From assembly GCA_032128375.1 (NCBI GenBank), contig JAQBGU010000136.1, positions 1-38,769 on the forward strand: 38,769 nucleotides of DNA. Reading direction: 5' to 3'. Of this stretch, positions 1 to 9,249 are shown in pieces. Origin of the DNA: Deltaproteobacteria bacterium (lineage in GTDB: Bacteria > Myxococcota_A > UBA9160 > SMWR01). A program made the position numbers and the translations under genes. The notes beneath the pieces are model-generated. The model was given only the letters and a program-made list of their open reading frames with translations. It did no database searches and was not told where the DNA came from. Numbering within the stretch: the first letter of the stretch is position 1; every line of letters starts with the position of its first letter.

Positions 1-543
1 GAAGGACTCGAACGCACGACCCGCCTGGTGGGCGACCTGCGCGATTTCGCCTCCCCGAGCGATGGCATCCGAATCGATATGGACGTTCGCCGCGGACTCG
101 AATCAACACTTCAATTGATCAACCACAATCTCCGCGATGCATCGATCGAAGTCGTGACTTGGTTCGAGGACAACCTGCCACTCATCCCAGGCGATTCGGG
201 AGCCATCAATCAGGTTTTTCTCAATTTACTCAAGAACGCGACCGAAGCACTCGTAAACCGAGGCGGCACCATCAGCGTGACTGCGAGGCGGGAGGAGGCG
301 TCGATTCTCGTGGAAATTCGCGACGATGGACCCGGGATTGCCGCAGAAGATCTGCCCGAGGTATTCGAGCCATTCTACTCCACCAAGTCGGCTGGGAACG
401 GAACAGGGCTTGGCCTGTCCATGTCCAGGCGCATCGTGATGGAGCACGCCGGTACGATCGAAGTCGAGTCCTCCCCAGGAGATGGAGCGACATTTACCAT
501 CCGCCTTCCCATTTGGGGAAACCGTGACTCGACCGAGGCCTGA
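1..543 (+). CDS. Sensor histidine kinase, C-terminal part (HATPase_c); 5' end lies outside the window
   Basis: Frame is open from base 1 (EGLERTTRLVGDLRDF...). N box QVFLNLLKNA, G1 box DDGPGI, F box FEPFYSTK, G2 box GTGLGL. Confidence 0.92.
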   Translation, partial: EGLERTTRLVGDLRDFASPSDGIRIDMDVRRGLESTLQLINHNLRDASIEVVTWFEDNLPLIPGDSGAINQVFLNLLKNATEALVNRGGTISVTARREEASILVEIRDDGPGIAAEDLPEVFEPFYSTKSAGNGTGLGLSMSRRIVMEHAGTIEVESSPGDGATFTIRLPIWGNRDSTEA

Positions 544-2227
544 GCGATTGCTGGACTACCGCGAGTTTCCTGTCCTCTATGTAGACGATGAGCCGGAGAA
601 CCTGCGCGTCTTCGAGCTGGCATTTCGACGGGAGTTTTCGATCCGCACGGCGAGCGGCGGTGAAGAAGCGCTCGAAATTCTGCATCAAGAGCCCATCGCG
701 TTGATTCTTTCCGACCAGCGGATGCCAGGTATGAGCGGGGTCGAGTTCCTGGCCCGCGCTCGCGCGCTGGACGAAAAGACAATTCGTGTGCTGGTCACCG
801 CGTATGGAGATGTCGATACGCTGACTCACGCGATCAACAACGGCTCAATCTATCGCTTCGTCGCGAAACCGTGGACACCCGAAGAGATGCGCGTCACGAT
901 GCGCAACGCCATCGAGCGCTATGCGCTGGCGCGGGAGCGTGGTGCACTGCTCAATCAGCTGACGCTGCTGGGCCGAATCTCCAGATCCATGAATCAGCAA
1001 CTGGCGCTCGAGCCGCTGCTGGACTTGATCCTGAACGCCGTAATCGACGACCTTGGTTTCGACGCCGCCGGGATATTGTTCTTTGGCAGCAAAGAAGATG
1101 TGCTGACCTGGTCATGCGTGGCGCCGAAGGACAACGGCGTTTCGGATTCAGTCTCAGATCTCCGAATTTCTTTCCGCGTGGCGCCCCAGTTCGTAGAGGC
1201 GCTTCGCGCAGGTGAAGCGCAGCTGCTTGCGATGGAAGATGTGCTCAAATTGGAAGGGCCCGTGAAGCGATGGGTAACCGAAGTAGCGGCCGAGCAGATT
1301 CTGGTAACGCCGCTCGTGGGCAAAAACGAGGTGATTGGCGCGTTGGTCGTAGACAATCGGCGCGGTGGGAACCGGTTCAGCGCTGATGACCGAACGCTGC
1401 TGGAGGGCCTGGCGAATCACGCGGTTGTCGCGATCGAGAACGCCCGGATGGTCGAGGATCTCCGCCGCTCCCGAGAACAGATCGTACGTGCCGACCGTCT
1501 GGGGACGCTTGGCACTTTGGCGGCCGGGCTGGCGCACGAGATCAACAACCCGCTCGTTTCGATCCATACCTTCCTGAGTATGGCGCCCGAGAAACGCGAT
1601 GAGAAAGACACCGAATTCTGGGGCGAATACCACCAGCTCGCCTGCAGCGAAGTCGATCGGATTCGCCGCCTGGTAGACACCATGCGCCGGCTCGGTCGAG
1701 GTAGTGAACAGTCGGCACCACGCGTGATGGTTGACCCCGGTGAGATTGTCCAGGAGGTCTCGAAATTATTGGTTCGCGAGGCGGACAAGGCCGAGGTGAG
1801 TCTGCATGTCGATCGCGACCCAGACGTACCGAAGATCGTCGGTATCCGAGATCATTTACAACAGGTATTCATGAACCTGTTGCTCAATGCGATTCACGCC
1901 TCGCCCAGAGGGGGCTCAGTGTCGTCGCGCATCTTCCGAGATCGCTCCGGTGAGGCCGCCTGTATCGAAATAGCGGATACGGGTCCCGGTATTTCAGATG
2001 AAAATCTCGAGCGCATTTTCGACCCGTTCTTCACGACCAAAGGTCCCGACCAGGGCACCGGTTTGGGCCTGATGATCTGTCATCGGCTCGTCGCGGATCA
2101 CGGTGGCGAGATCGAGGTCACCAGTCGACCCGAGCAGGGCGCCACATTCTTCGTGCGACTGCCGGTCGGAGAACTCGCCGAGTCGCACCCGGAAATCGCA
2201 TCGCCGCGCTTGCTCACCAGTCGCTGA
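524..2227 (+). CDS. Hybrid sensor kinase: receiver + GAF + HisKA + HATPase_c
   Basis: Receiver motifs [19 protein letters not shown]-like segment ([16 protein letters not shown]...[22 protein letters not shown]); H box [10 protein letters not shown] boxes. GTG at 524 follows GGGGA and is preferred over ATG 482. Confidence 0.92.
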   Translation: MTRPRPERLLDYREFPVLYVDDEPENLRVFELAFRREFSIRTASGGEEALEILHQEPIALILSDQRMPGMSGVEFLARARALDEKTIRVLVTAYGDVDTLTHAINNGSIYRFVAKPWTPEEMRVTMRNAIERYALARERGALLNQLTLLGRISRSMNQQLALEPLLDLILNAVIDDLGFDAAGILFFGSKEDVLTWSCVAPKDNGVSDSVSDLRISFRVAPQFVEALRAGEAQLLAMEDVLKLEGPVKRWVTEVAAEQILVTPLVGKNEVIGALVVDNRRGGNRFSADDRTLLEGLANHAVVAIENARMVEDLRRSREQIVRADRLGTLGTLAAGLAHEINNPLVSIHTFLSMAPEKRDEKDTEFWGEYHQLACSEVDRIRRLVDTMRRLGRGSEQSAPRVMVDPGEIVQEVSKLLVREADKAEVSLHVDRDPDVPKIVGIRDHLQQVFMNLLLNAIHASPRGGSVSSRIFRDRSGEAACIEIADTGPGISDENLERIFDPFFTTKGPDQGTGLGLMICHRLVADHGGEIEVTSRPEQGATFFVRLPVGELAESHPEIASPRLLTSR

Positions 2228-2242
2228 TCGAGCGGCGCGTGC

Positions 2243-2259
2243 CAGGCACGCCATTTGCT
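2243..2259 (+). promoter_or_regulatory. Probable sigma54 (-24/-12) promoter
   Basis: CAGGCACGCCATTTGCT has GG-N10-GC spacing and matches YTGGCACGNNNNTTGCW except at one position; about 90 bp upstream of the 2349 ORF. Confidence 0.6.
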
Positions 2260-2348
2260 TGACCCGGGGATCACCAATCGGTAATCATCGTGCCCAACTT
2301 AGGTCGGCCCCGCATGGGCGGTGAGGCCGCATTGGGGTCTCGTCGCGC

Positions 2349-2945
2349 GTGCGAATTTCATGGCTTGGTGGACTGGTTGCTGGGTTCGTTTGCTTCGGAG
2401 TCACGGCAGCCGCCGGCCCGCTGCGCGTCGCCATGCTCCCGGTGATCGTCAACTCAGATAGTGGCGAGACCGAATACCTCAGTCGTGGGATCGCGGACAT
2501 GCTCTCGGCCCGCCTCGAGCGATCCGGCGAGATCTCGATCGTACGACTGGATGAGGGATCGACTGACCCCGATTTCGCGGTCAAGGCCGCCACTGAGATC
2601 GGCGCCAGTTTTGTTGTCTTCGGGTCCTATACCCAATTCGGCGACGGAGCGAGCCTCGATATTCGATGTGCACCGGTCGATGCTGCGCGCGAGGAAGGTT
2701 CGCGGCGGGTGTTCATTCAAGCCGGGAGCCCAGGCGAGATCATTCCGAAGCTCGACGACCTCTCCGTCAGCATGTCCAGCTACCTGGTCGGTGCGGCTGT
2801 GTCCGCACCCGCCGCGCTCGACACCCCGACACTCGCGGTCGGCAAGACGTCGCCGCAGTCTGTCGCCGATCTTCAACGGCGCGTGGCTGATTTGGAACGG
2901 GTGATTTTCAATCGCACACCGGATGGCGAGCCCATCGGACGCTGA
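2349..2945 (+). CDS. Exported protein with a TolB-N/FlgO/CsgG-like domain
   Basis: Signal peptide (MRISWLGGLVAGFVCFGVTAAA), then RVAMLP...EYLSRGIADMLSARL...GASFVVFGSYTQFGDGASLDIR, typical of TolB-N-like domains; short coiled-coil tail. Confidence 0.6.
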   Translation: MRISWLGGLVAGFVCFGVTAAAGPLRVAMLPVIVNSDSGETEYLSRGIADMLSARLERSGEISIVRLDEGSTDPDFAVKAATEIGASFVVFGSYTQFGDGASLDIRCAPVDAAREEGSRRVFIQAGSPGEIIPKLDDLSVSMSSYLVGAAVSAPAALDTPTLAVGKTSPQSVADLQRRVADLERVIFNRTPDGEPIGR

Positions 2946-3070
2946 CCCACAGCACACGTCCGGGCCATCCGATCAATCACGAGCCCGAAGAAATCCGCCT
3001 TCCCGACATGTTCCCGTGCGCTAGACTGCTCTGCCCTCGGCAGCTGCCGGGGGCAACGCGTTTGCCCGGG

Positions 3071-3147
3071 GGCGGTGTAGCTCAGTCGGTTAGAGCGGCG
3101 GCTTCATAAGCCGTAGGTCGGTGGTTCGAGTCCACTCACCGCTACCA
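3071..3147 (+). tRNA. tRNA-Met (CAT), probably elongator
   Basis: Cloverleaf: acceptor GGCGGTG/CACCGCT, D-arm TAGCTCAGTCGGTTAGAGC, anticodon arm GCGGC-TTCATAA-GCCGT, T-arm GGTGG-TTCGAGT-CCACT, encoded CCA. No C1:A72 mismatch and no GGG/CCC anticodon stem, so not initiator. Confidence 0.95.
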
Positions 3148-3200
3148 TGTAACCACCTGAAGTCACAGGCAATTTCTTCATCTGGTTCTTGAGAGGCTGA

Positions 3201-3949
<749 letters not shown>

Positions 3950-4052
3950 TGACTTCGAAACGGAGGAAGCAGGAGAATCGACACAGCCGGCCCAGCCGCA
4001 ATCGGGAGCCAGAAGCCTTGATGTCCTGTCTGTTCGCCGATCGAGAAGCGTG

Positions 4053-5090
4053 ATGAGCAGCGTCGCGGCGACTTTTCGGCCGGGTTATATCGTCGACCGC
4101 CGAAACGACGCCGTCTGGTTTCTGGCGCTGCCGTTCGTTGCAGTCGTGCTGGCATTACTCGCTCAGGAACACATTCCGGGCAACGGCCGAGCGCTCATCG
4201 CGCTCTTCATCACCACCCCGCACCATTGCGCAACGTGGCTGCGCGTATACGGATCACCACCAGAATTGGCGCGGCATCGCGTGCGACTCGTCCTTGGCCC
4301 CGTTCTTCTCATCGTCTTCGCATACGAGCTCACGATGCTGGCCCCGTTTGCGCTGCTGCTGGTCGTGCATCTCTGGGATCACCAACACAGCATCATGCAG
4401 CAGTACGGTTTTTCGCGGGTCTACGATTTCAAGGCCGAGACGGGTGCCCCCAGCACGCCGAAATTCGATCTCTATTTCAACTGGATTTTCTTCGTCAACA
4501 TGCTGGTGGTGGCCCCGCTGTGGACCGTCTACTGGGTGCGGTTGCTCCACGAATGGCAGGTGCCCTTGAGCACGCCAAGCGTGCTCCAGATCCAACAGAT
4601 CTCCTGGACGCTGACCATCGCGTACGGCGTCGTCTACCTGGGGCATATCGCCTGGTCGATGCGTCGGGGCTACGCGCTCAACCCTCTCAAGTACCTGTTC
4701 CTTCTGTCGAGCTATTTCCTCTGGTACTACACGAGCTTTGCCACGTCCTACCTGCTGGTCTTTTTGCTCGCTCATCGAATCATGCACGGTACGCAGTACA
4801 TCGTCATGGTCTACTTCTACAATCGCAACCATGTGGAGAGGGGTGGCGGTGATTCGCGCTTGCTGAATTATCTGGGCAAGCCAGGGCACGTCGCGGCGTT
4901 CGTGTTCGTGTGCGCCCTGTACGCACTCGTCTTTGATCTGCTGACGAAAATCGACGAGCGGGGCTTCAGTTTCGGAAGCGACATCGACCTCGTCAGCTAT
5001 TCGCTGATCACCTCCTTCGCGCTCACCCATTACTATTTCGATTCTTTCATCTGGAAGGTGCGGAGCCCTGAAGTCCAACATGGCCTCTAG
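4053..5090 (+). CDS. Polytopic membrane protein with several His motifs (putative membrane metalloenzyme)
   Basis: Many hydrophobic helices with PHHCATWLRVY, WDHQHSIMQQYGF, AHRIMHGTQY and THYYFDSFIWK. ATG 4053 preferred; the ORF is open from 3936. Confidence 0.75.
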   Translation: MSSVAATFRPGYIVDRRNDAVWFLALPFVAVVLALLAQEHIPGNGRALIALFITTPHHCATWLRVYGSPPELARHRVRLVLGPVLLIVFAYELTMLAPFALLLVVHLWDHQHSIMQQYGFSRVYDFKAETGAPSTPKFDLYFNWIFFVNMLVVAPLWTVYWVRLLHEWQVPLSTPSVLQIQQISWTLTIAYGVVYLGHIAWSMRRGYALNPLKYLFLLSSYFLWYYTSFATSYLLVFLLAHRIMHGTQYIVMVYFYNRNHVERGGGDSRLLNYLGKPGHVAAFVFVCALYALVFDLLTKIDERGFSFGSDIDLVSYSLITSFALTHYYFDSFIWKVRSPEVQHGL

Positions 5091-5655
5091 CGGGTTGCGG
5101 AAATACTCCCGACGCCACCTCGGAACAATCATGACCCTGCTCAAAAGCCTGCGCCCGTTGAGACTGCTTCTGGGGGTGATCCTGGCCGGTGTACTCTTGG
5201 GTGTACTGGAGAACTACCAGACATCGCAACACGGTCATTTGAGTGCCTACGATGCCGGAGGCGTTCCGCAACTTCTGCAACCGCAACTACCACAACTACC
5301 ACAACTACCGCAACTACAGGGGGCGTTTCTCAGCAGCTTCGCCCGGCAGGCATTCGAGCTCGCGCCCAATGACGCGCAATCCAACGTCTTGATGGGGATC
5401 GCGCTGGCCGAACAGGGCCGTGGAAAGCAAGCGCGGGGGCACCTGGAGCGGGCGCTCTCGATTGATCGGAACGATCCTCAGCTGCTTTTTTTCTATGCCC
5501 AGCTACTGCACGCGTTGGGTGACGATCCCGAGACAATCCAGCGGATCAGGGATGAGTTGAAGCAGAAATTCCCTCAGGACTGGGCGTTCGCGCAACCCGA
5601 GTTCGAGCGCGCGGACCGCGAGCGGACGCTGACGCGCGGCAACGAGAAATCCTGA
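5080..5655 (+). CDS. Membrane-anchored TPR protein
   Basis: N-terminal hydrophobic segment, QLP repeat linker, TPR-like helices (AFELAPNDAQSNVLMGIALAEQG...ALSIDRNDPQLLFFYAQLL). Overlaps the upstream gene; start could be ATG 5131. Confidence 0.7.
   Translation: MASSGLRKYSRRHLGTIMTLLKSLRPLRLLLGVILAGVLLGVLENYQTSQHGHLSAYDAGGVPQLLQPQLPQLPQLPQLQGAFLSSFARQAFELAPNDAQSNVLMGIALAEQGRGKQARGHLERALSIDRNDPQLLFFYAQLLHALGDDPETIQRIRDELKQKFPQDWAFAQPEFERADRERTLTRGNEKS
5281..5316 (+). repeat. 9-bp tandem repeat CC(G/A)CAACTA x4, encoding PQL repeats
   Basis: CCGCAACTA CCACAACTA CCACAACTA CCGCAACTA read directly. Confidence 0.9.
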
Positions 5656-5843
5656 CGTCGGCTCCAGCGGGCCGCTTGGCTGCGGGCCGGCGGGCCCGGA
5701 CACAGCCCGCGAACTGAGATCGACTGTAAACTCGCGCTATTCACGGAGTGAACCTGCGAAAATACTCCTGCTGTCGCCCCAGCACGGACCTTCGGGCCGA
5801 GCTCGTTCTGAAGTATTTTCGGCAACCTACCCGGCGCAGAACA

Positions 5844-6485
5844 TCAGGCGCGGCTCCCGGCCGCTTTCTCGATCACCGTCTTGAATGACGGACGATCGAG
5901 GATCCAGTCTGAGTACGCGCGAACCTTCGGCCAGCGTGCGCCGTCGATGTCGAGTTCCGCGAGCTTCAAGCTACTGAGTTGAGCACCGAATGCGATGTCG
6001 GCCAGGCTGAAGCCCGAGTCGATCAGCGGGCCGGCCTCGTCGGGAATCAGTCCCTCCACCTGATCGAGAATCGGTGCGAGGCCCTCCTCGACTTGTTTTT
6101 CGACGGCCGCTTCGTCCGGCTCGCCGTTGAACACGACCTTCTTGATGAAGCGCTCGAAGTAGATCGAACCGATCCCCTCGAGCAGCTTCGTATCGCTGTA
6201 CTCCTCGATGAAAAGCGCCTGCGCGTACTGGTACGGGTCTTCGGGCATCAGCGCAGGCGTGGGATGGACCTTCTCGAGGTAGGCGCAGATCACGGACGAG
6301 TCCGAGATGAAGCGGCCGTCTGAGATCTCGAGAATTGGGATCTTCCCCAAAGGATTCATCGCGATGAATTCGGGTGTCTTGGGAAAGGGAATCAGCACCT
6401 TGTCTTCATAGCTGAGCCCCTTTTCTTCGCAGGCCACCATGACTTTTCGAACGAAGGGAGAGGGGGCGCCACCGTGGATAATCAT
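5844..6485 (-). CDS. Glutathione S-transferase family protein
   Basis: SPFVRKV, NPLGKIPIL, DSSVICAYLE and FSLADIA motifs; AAGGAG RBS precedes ATG 6485. Confidence 0.93.
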   Translation of the reverse strand: MIIHGGAPSPFVRKVMVACEEKGLSYEDKVLIPFPKTPEFIAMNPLGKIPILEISDGRFISDSSVICAYLEKVHPTPALMPEDPYQYAQALFIEEYSDTKLLEGIGSIYFERFIKKVVFNGEPDEAAVEKQVEEGLAPILDQVEGLIPDEAGPLIDSGFSLADIAFGAQLSSLKLAELDIDGARWPKVRAYSDWILDRPSFKTVIEKAAGSRA

Positions 6486-6691
6486 GTCTGGCTCCTTCAT
6501 GCCCGGGTAGTCGGGTCTGGTTGGATGCTCCGGAAGCCGAGTCTGGCACGGCGAGGGCGAGCGTGCCCTCGGAATTTCGACCAGATCCCTGCCTTCACAT
6601 CAACGACGCCTCACGATCCGGATTTCGACAGTCAATTTCGAAAAAGTGTCTGGCCGAGGGAAAAGGGGCGAGCCGTGGGGCTTTCAATGCG

Positions 6692-6743
6692 GCGCTGCGG
6701 AGGAGGGGCCGCGCCCAGGTCGGGCGCGGCGCCTCTTCAGCGC
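6692..6743 (-). terminator. GC-rich hairpin just downstream of surE (terminator-like or stabilising; no U-tract)
   Basis: GCCGCGCCC-AGGTC-GGGCGCGGC core, extendable by GAGG/CCTC and GCGCTG/CAGCGC. Confidence 0.45.
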
Positions 6744-6756
6744 GGCACGCGCCTCT

Positions 6757-7722
6757 TCAGGGAGTGAGCCCGCCGAGGATGTCCTCGGTGTCCGCCTCCG
6801 CCTTGTTGCCGGCGAACATGTCGCCGTCGATGGGCGTGATGCTGATGAAGCCCGCCCGGAAGGCATCCTGGTCGTTGTTCGGCACCTCATCGGGCGGCGA
6901 GAAACCGAGACCAACGGTCGCGAAGCAGAAGCCACCCGGCGGCGTGCTGGCGCAGGGCGGGAAGGGCAGCGGCGGAATGCCGAATGCCGGGAAGCCCTGG
7001 CTCGGGTCGAACAGGGGGAGATCGAAATCCGATCCGTTCGCCAAGCGTGTCACCGCGACCCCGTTGATGGCCCCGTAGGGAACGGGGAAGTTGATGTTGA
7101 GCATGCTGACCCGCTTCGGCATCAGGTTCGAGCCCGGCGCCGCCTGGAGGGCGGCGACCACGTCGACGATGAAGGCCGAGGCCGGGCCATAGGCCGCCAC
7201 GGTGGACGGAAAGCCCGGGCTCTCGAAGATGTTGAGGCCGACGCTGCCCGCGATCGACGGGATGCCCCGGAAGACGGCCTGCAGGGCCGCCCCCTCGGTG
7301 CCCGACGCGTTGGTGCCGGGCTTGCCGATGTTCTGCCCCTCGTTCAGGCCGGAGATCACGAGATCGGGCGGGCTGCCTGAGAGGACCACGTCCAGACCGG
7401 CCTTCACGCAGTCGGCCGGCGTGCCCGAGAGCGACCACACGCCGCCGCCGCGGTTGACGAGGGTCATCGTGCCGCCGCCGGGTGTGAAGTCAAAGACCCC
7501 CGTGTTGATGGAGCCGCCCTTGCCGCTCTGCTGGTCGGCGGGGGCGACGACGGTGACGTCGTGGCCCGCTGCGCTCAGGGCCGCGTGGAGCGCGGCGAGG
7601 CCGGCGGAGTCGACTCCATCGTCGTTGGTGAGCAGGATGTCGAGGGCCGTTGCGCTGCCGGGGAGCAGCCCGAACAGGGCGACGGCGGCCAGAATCTGGA
7701 GTGTTCTTCGGGTGCGATGCAT
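6757..7722 (-). CDS. surE: SurE-family 5'/3'-nucleotidase with signal peptide
   Basis: ILLTNDDG, VVAPADQQSG, GTPADCV, DLVISGLNEGQN, SGTEGAA, LNINFP, ISITPI; signal peptide ending ATA-LD; AAGGAG RBS. Confidence 0.92.
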   Translation of the reverse strand: MHRTRRTLQILAAVALFGLLPGSATALDILLTNDDGVDSAGLAALHAALSAAGHDVTVVAPADQQSGKGGSINTGVFDFTPGGGTMTLVNRGGGVWSLSGTPADCVKAGLDVVLSGSPPDLVISGLNEGQNIGKPGTNASGTEGAALQAVFRGIPSIAGSVGLNIFESPGFPSTVAAYGPASAFIVDVVAALQAAPGSNLMPKRVSMLNINFPVPYGAINGVAVTRLANGSDFDLPLFDPSQGFPAFGIPPLPFPPCASTPPGGFCFATVGLGFSPPDEVPNNDQDAFRAGFISITPIDGDMFAGNKAEADTEDILGGLTP

Positions 7723-7795
7723 GTTCTTCTCCTTGCTTGGGGTTGTGCCCGGCCCGCGCGGAACACCAGCGACACCGAGCTGCTGTCACGGCTCA

Positions 7796-7824
7796 ATTCT
7801 CCCGCGGCCGCATCGGGGTGTCAA
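7796..7824 (-). promoter_or_regulatory. Probable sigma70 promoter of surE
   Basis: On the minus strand, TTGACA-17 bp-GAGAAT, about 75 bp upstream of the start codon. Confidence 0.55.
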
Positions 7825-8586
7825 TTCGAGTTGAATGCATCTCGCCTCTTTCGATCTCCGACGGAGGAGGTGGCAATAGCGATCCAACGTGAAGGCCGTG
7901 GTTGCGAACAGCAACCTCACGACAACCACGCCAAAGGGAGAACTCGTTGGAACCGGTGAAACAACCAGGTCTGAATCACATCAGGGTGCGGCGGTCACGC
8001 TGAGCGCGACATTCTGTTTGGCGATCACGGTTTCGCCATGCGGCTGGGCGAGAATCTGGGCGTTGGCCGTGGGCACGACCCCGGAACGACGACTTCAGTT
8101 CGCCGGATCACGATGCTCGCAGCTATCGCGGGTTGCAAGATCTTTTCGAGTGACGCACCAGACCTGAGTTCCACGCACCGACGTGTTGGTTTCGACCCAG
8201 GGTTGGTACGGTGTGCGGCACGCGTAGACGCCGGAGGTCGCTTGTCGTCTATGGATGCCACTGCGTGGCGGGGTTCGCCGCTCTCCAGGGTTCTTCTCGT
8301 GAAGCCGCGCAGGGCGGCGCATCGCTGCCGACGTCGACCCCAGTTCGCCTGCGCGAACCCTGGATCTCACGCACGCCAGGCAGCGTGCCACGCGGCCGCG
8401 GCGGGCGCGAAGGCGAGCAGGGCGAGAGCCGCTCGGCCGAGCGCTGGGACGTGGGGGGCCGCATGGCTACACAGACCGTACCGCGGCTGACTTCGATCAA
8501 GTGGCTACGCGGGTAGGCCGATGATCCGTTTCAGGAACCGGCAAGTCGCCGGCAAGGCGATGGAGTACCAACGTGGGGGGATTCGA

Positions 8587-9090
8587 ATGATGGGCGATTC
8601 GACGCAGCAGTGGAGCTGGAATCGTGTCAAGTTGGCGGAGCCGGAGCTCGCCAAATCGGAGGTGTCGGTGCAGGAGCCGTCTGAACCGTCTGGGACGTTC
8701 ATCGGATCGGGAGCTCTCTTCGAGGGCACCCTCAAGCTCCGCGGGAACTTCAGGATCGATAGCGAGTTTCGGGGAGAACTTCGAACCGAAGGCAAGGTCG
8801 TCATCGGGCCATCGGGCTCGGTCGTGGGGGACATCCACGCGAGCGATGTAGAGGTCTTTGGCGCGGTGCTGGGAGACGTTTCGGCCCGGCGCGTACTCGT
8901 CCTTCGACCGGGGTCTCGATTACACGGAAAGGTGACGACTGTTTGTCTCGAGGTCGAGCGGCACGCGTTCTTCAACGGGACGACGGTGATGACTGAGCCA
9001 CAGAGGCTGTCCGGTGGTCGATCGCGCGACACGGGCGCAACCTCCGGTCGGGCGCTGGGCGACGAGTCAGTCGAGTCCGCCGGGCTCTGA
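8587..9090 (+). CDS. Bactofilin (polymer-forming cytoskeletal protein)
   Basis: TFIGSGALFEGTLKLRGNFRIDSEFRGEL...VVIGPSGSVVGDIHASDVEVFGAVLGDV...LEVERHAFFNG. ATG 8587 follows GGGGGA; the ORF is open from 8521. Confidence 0.88.
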   Translation: MMGDSTQQWSWNRVKLAEPELAKSEVSVQEPSEPSGTFIGSGALFEGTLKLRGNFRIDSEFRGELRTEGKVVIGPSGSVVGDIHASDVEVFGAVLGDVSARRVLVLRPGSRLHGKVTTVCLEVERHAFFNGTTVMTEPQRLSGGRSRDTGATSGRALGDESVESAGL

Positions 9091-9249
9091 CGACATCTCC
9101 CGAGGTCTGAGATTTCTCGCGAGTGCGCGGGATCGGCCTCGGTAGCGTCCAACACGACGCTGGGGTCCCGTTGGAATTTCGGCTCCGATAAAGCTCCCGG
9201 TCAGCCGATACGCCGTATCGACGCAGACTTCGATACGGCGGCACCATCC

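Noticed and set aside
3071..3147. tRNA(CAT) as Ile2 (TilS substrate) or initiator tRNA
   Set aside because: No initiator hallmarks, and the GGCGGTG acceptor stem resembles elongator Met tRNAs. Ile2 is not strictly excluded without tRNAscan-SE isotype models.
6543..6558. Second sigma54-like motif CTGGCACG...GGGC
   Set aside because: Lacks TTGC at -12 and points antisense into surE.
7931..7975. Cobalamin riboswitch-like words (AAAGGGAG...GGAACCGGTGAAA)
   Set aside because: The following conserved elements (TCC...ACTG, B12 box) are missing and no B12-related gene follows.
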